Positions 63,222 to 64,000 of a stretch of DNA of 64,000 nt are shown one piece after another (position 1 is the stretch's first letter; each line of letters starts with the position of its first letter). The notes beneath the pieces were generated by a model that did not search any database, was not told where the DNA came from, and saw nothing but the letters and a program-made list of their open reading frames with translations. The position numbers and the translations under genes are program-made. This DNA comes from Eledone cirrhosa. Taxonomy: Eukaryota. The stretch lies in contig OZ024746.1 in NCBI GenBank assembly GCA_964016885.1, positions 16,926,001 to 16,990,000 on the forward strand. Reading direction: 5' to 3'.

Positions 63222-63641
63222 ATTATTTTCTCCTGTGTAGATCTGAGGGTTATGTTGTTTCACAATGTTTGTGTTATCTGACGTTTTTCTCTTCGCCCTC
63301 TCTCGTGCTGCTAATACAGATTCAGGGCTTACGTTTGGCCTCCTTTTTACCTTCTCCCTCTATCCCATTGGTTACTGCAACATGTACTATTGTCTCATGT
63401 TTCTCCCTCTCTATCGATATATTTTTCTTTTGTTTATTTTCTTTTTCTATCGCTCTCTTCGCTATCGTCTGTGTGTTTTTTTTTGTTTTTGTTTTCTTCC
63501 CTGATAACTACTCCTCTTAGTTATCAACGCACTGTGATGAGATGTACTGTCTTTAATGCGTCGAAACATCAGCGACCCTAAGCAGACAGCCAAAGAGCGG
63601 GAATTGTCCCAATGTTTGTGTTTCTCTTATGTTTTCTAAAT

Positions 63642-63706
<65 letters not shown>

Positions 63707-63853
63707 CAATATTCGTGAAGATAGGTCACAATTTCGATCCCTCTTGTATTCTGGAAGTGTGGTCAGAATTAGGCTTTGAAACCTTGGGTGGTGATTTTGT
63801 AATATATATGAACATAAATAGATTATATACATATATATATAATGTCCAACTCT

Positions 63854-63920
63854 TGCCAGTATAGAATAACAGACTTTAAATGATGATGAGGATGATGTAC
63901 ACACACATACACATGTATTT

Positions 63921-63962
<42 letters not shown>

Positions 63963-64000
63963 CATCATCATCATTTAAAGTCTGTTGTTCTATACTGGCA
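63854..64000. repeat. Inverted repeat/hairpin running to the window edge
   Basis: tgccagtatagaataacagactttaaatgatgatga pairs with tcatcatcatttaaagtctgttgttctatactggca; the spacer has (AC)/(GT) complementarity. Confidence 0.85.

Overview
AT-rich, repeat-dense eukaryotic DNA. The repeat repertoire (tRNA-derived Deu/Nin-type SINEs, RTE-tail SINEs ending in (CAT)n, abundant micro- and minisatellites) resembles an octopod cephalopod genome; this is inferred, not checked. No intact protein-coding gene is visible, and nearly all long ORFs in the track are simple-repeat artefacts. Recognisable mobile DNA includes a full-length irritans-type mariner (17294-18584), a DD37D maT transposase (59100-60223), and remnants of Gypsy, L1/Tx1, RTE, CR1/L2 and Penelope (GIY-YIG) elements. 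There are also piggyBac-like MITEs and six minisatellite arrays, several visibly born from neighbouring elements. Two signals stand out. (1) A CpG-rich, ETS-motif promoter near 15.9 kb with two small + strand exons is followed by a very long intron containing two textbook recursive-splice (ratchet) sites: pyrimidine tract + YAG|GTAAG at 28047/28048 and 50846/50847, each followed by a second donor 62-65 nt downstream. (2) Several Penelope-type minimal hammerhead ribozyme motifs occur, one with an intact core (25643-25714). Multiple long inverted repeats could form dsRNA. All coordinates were read by eye, and repeat boundaries are approximate.
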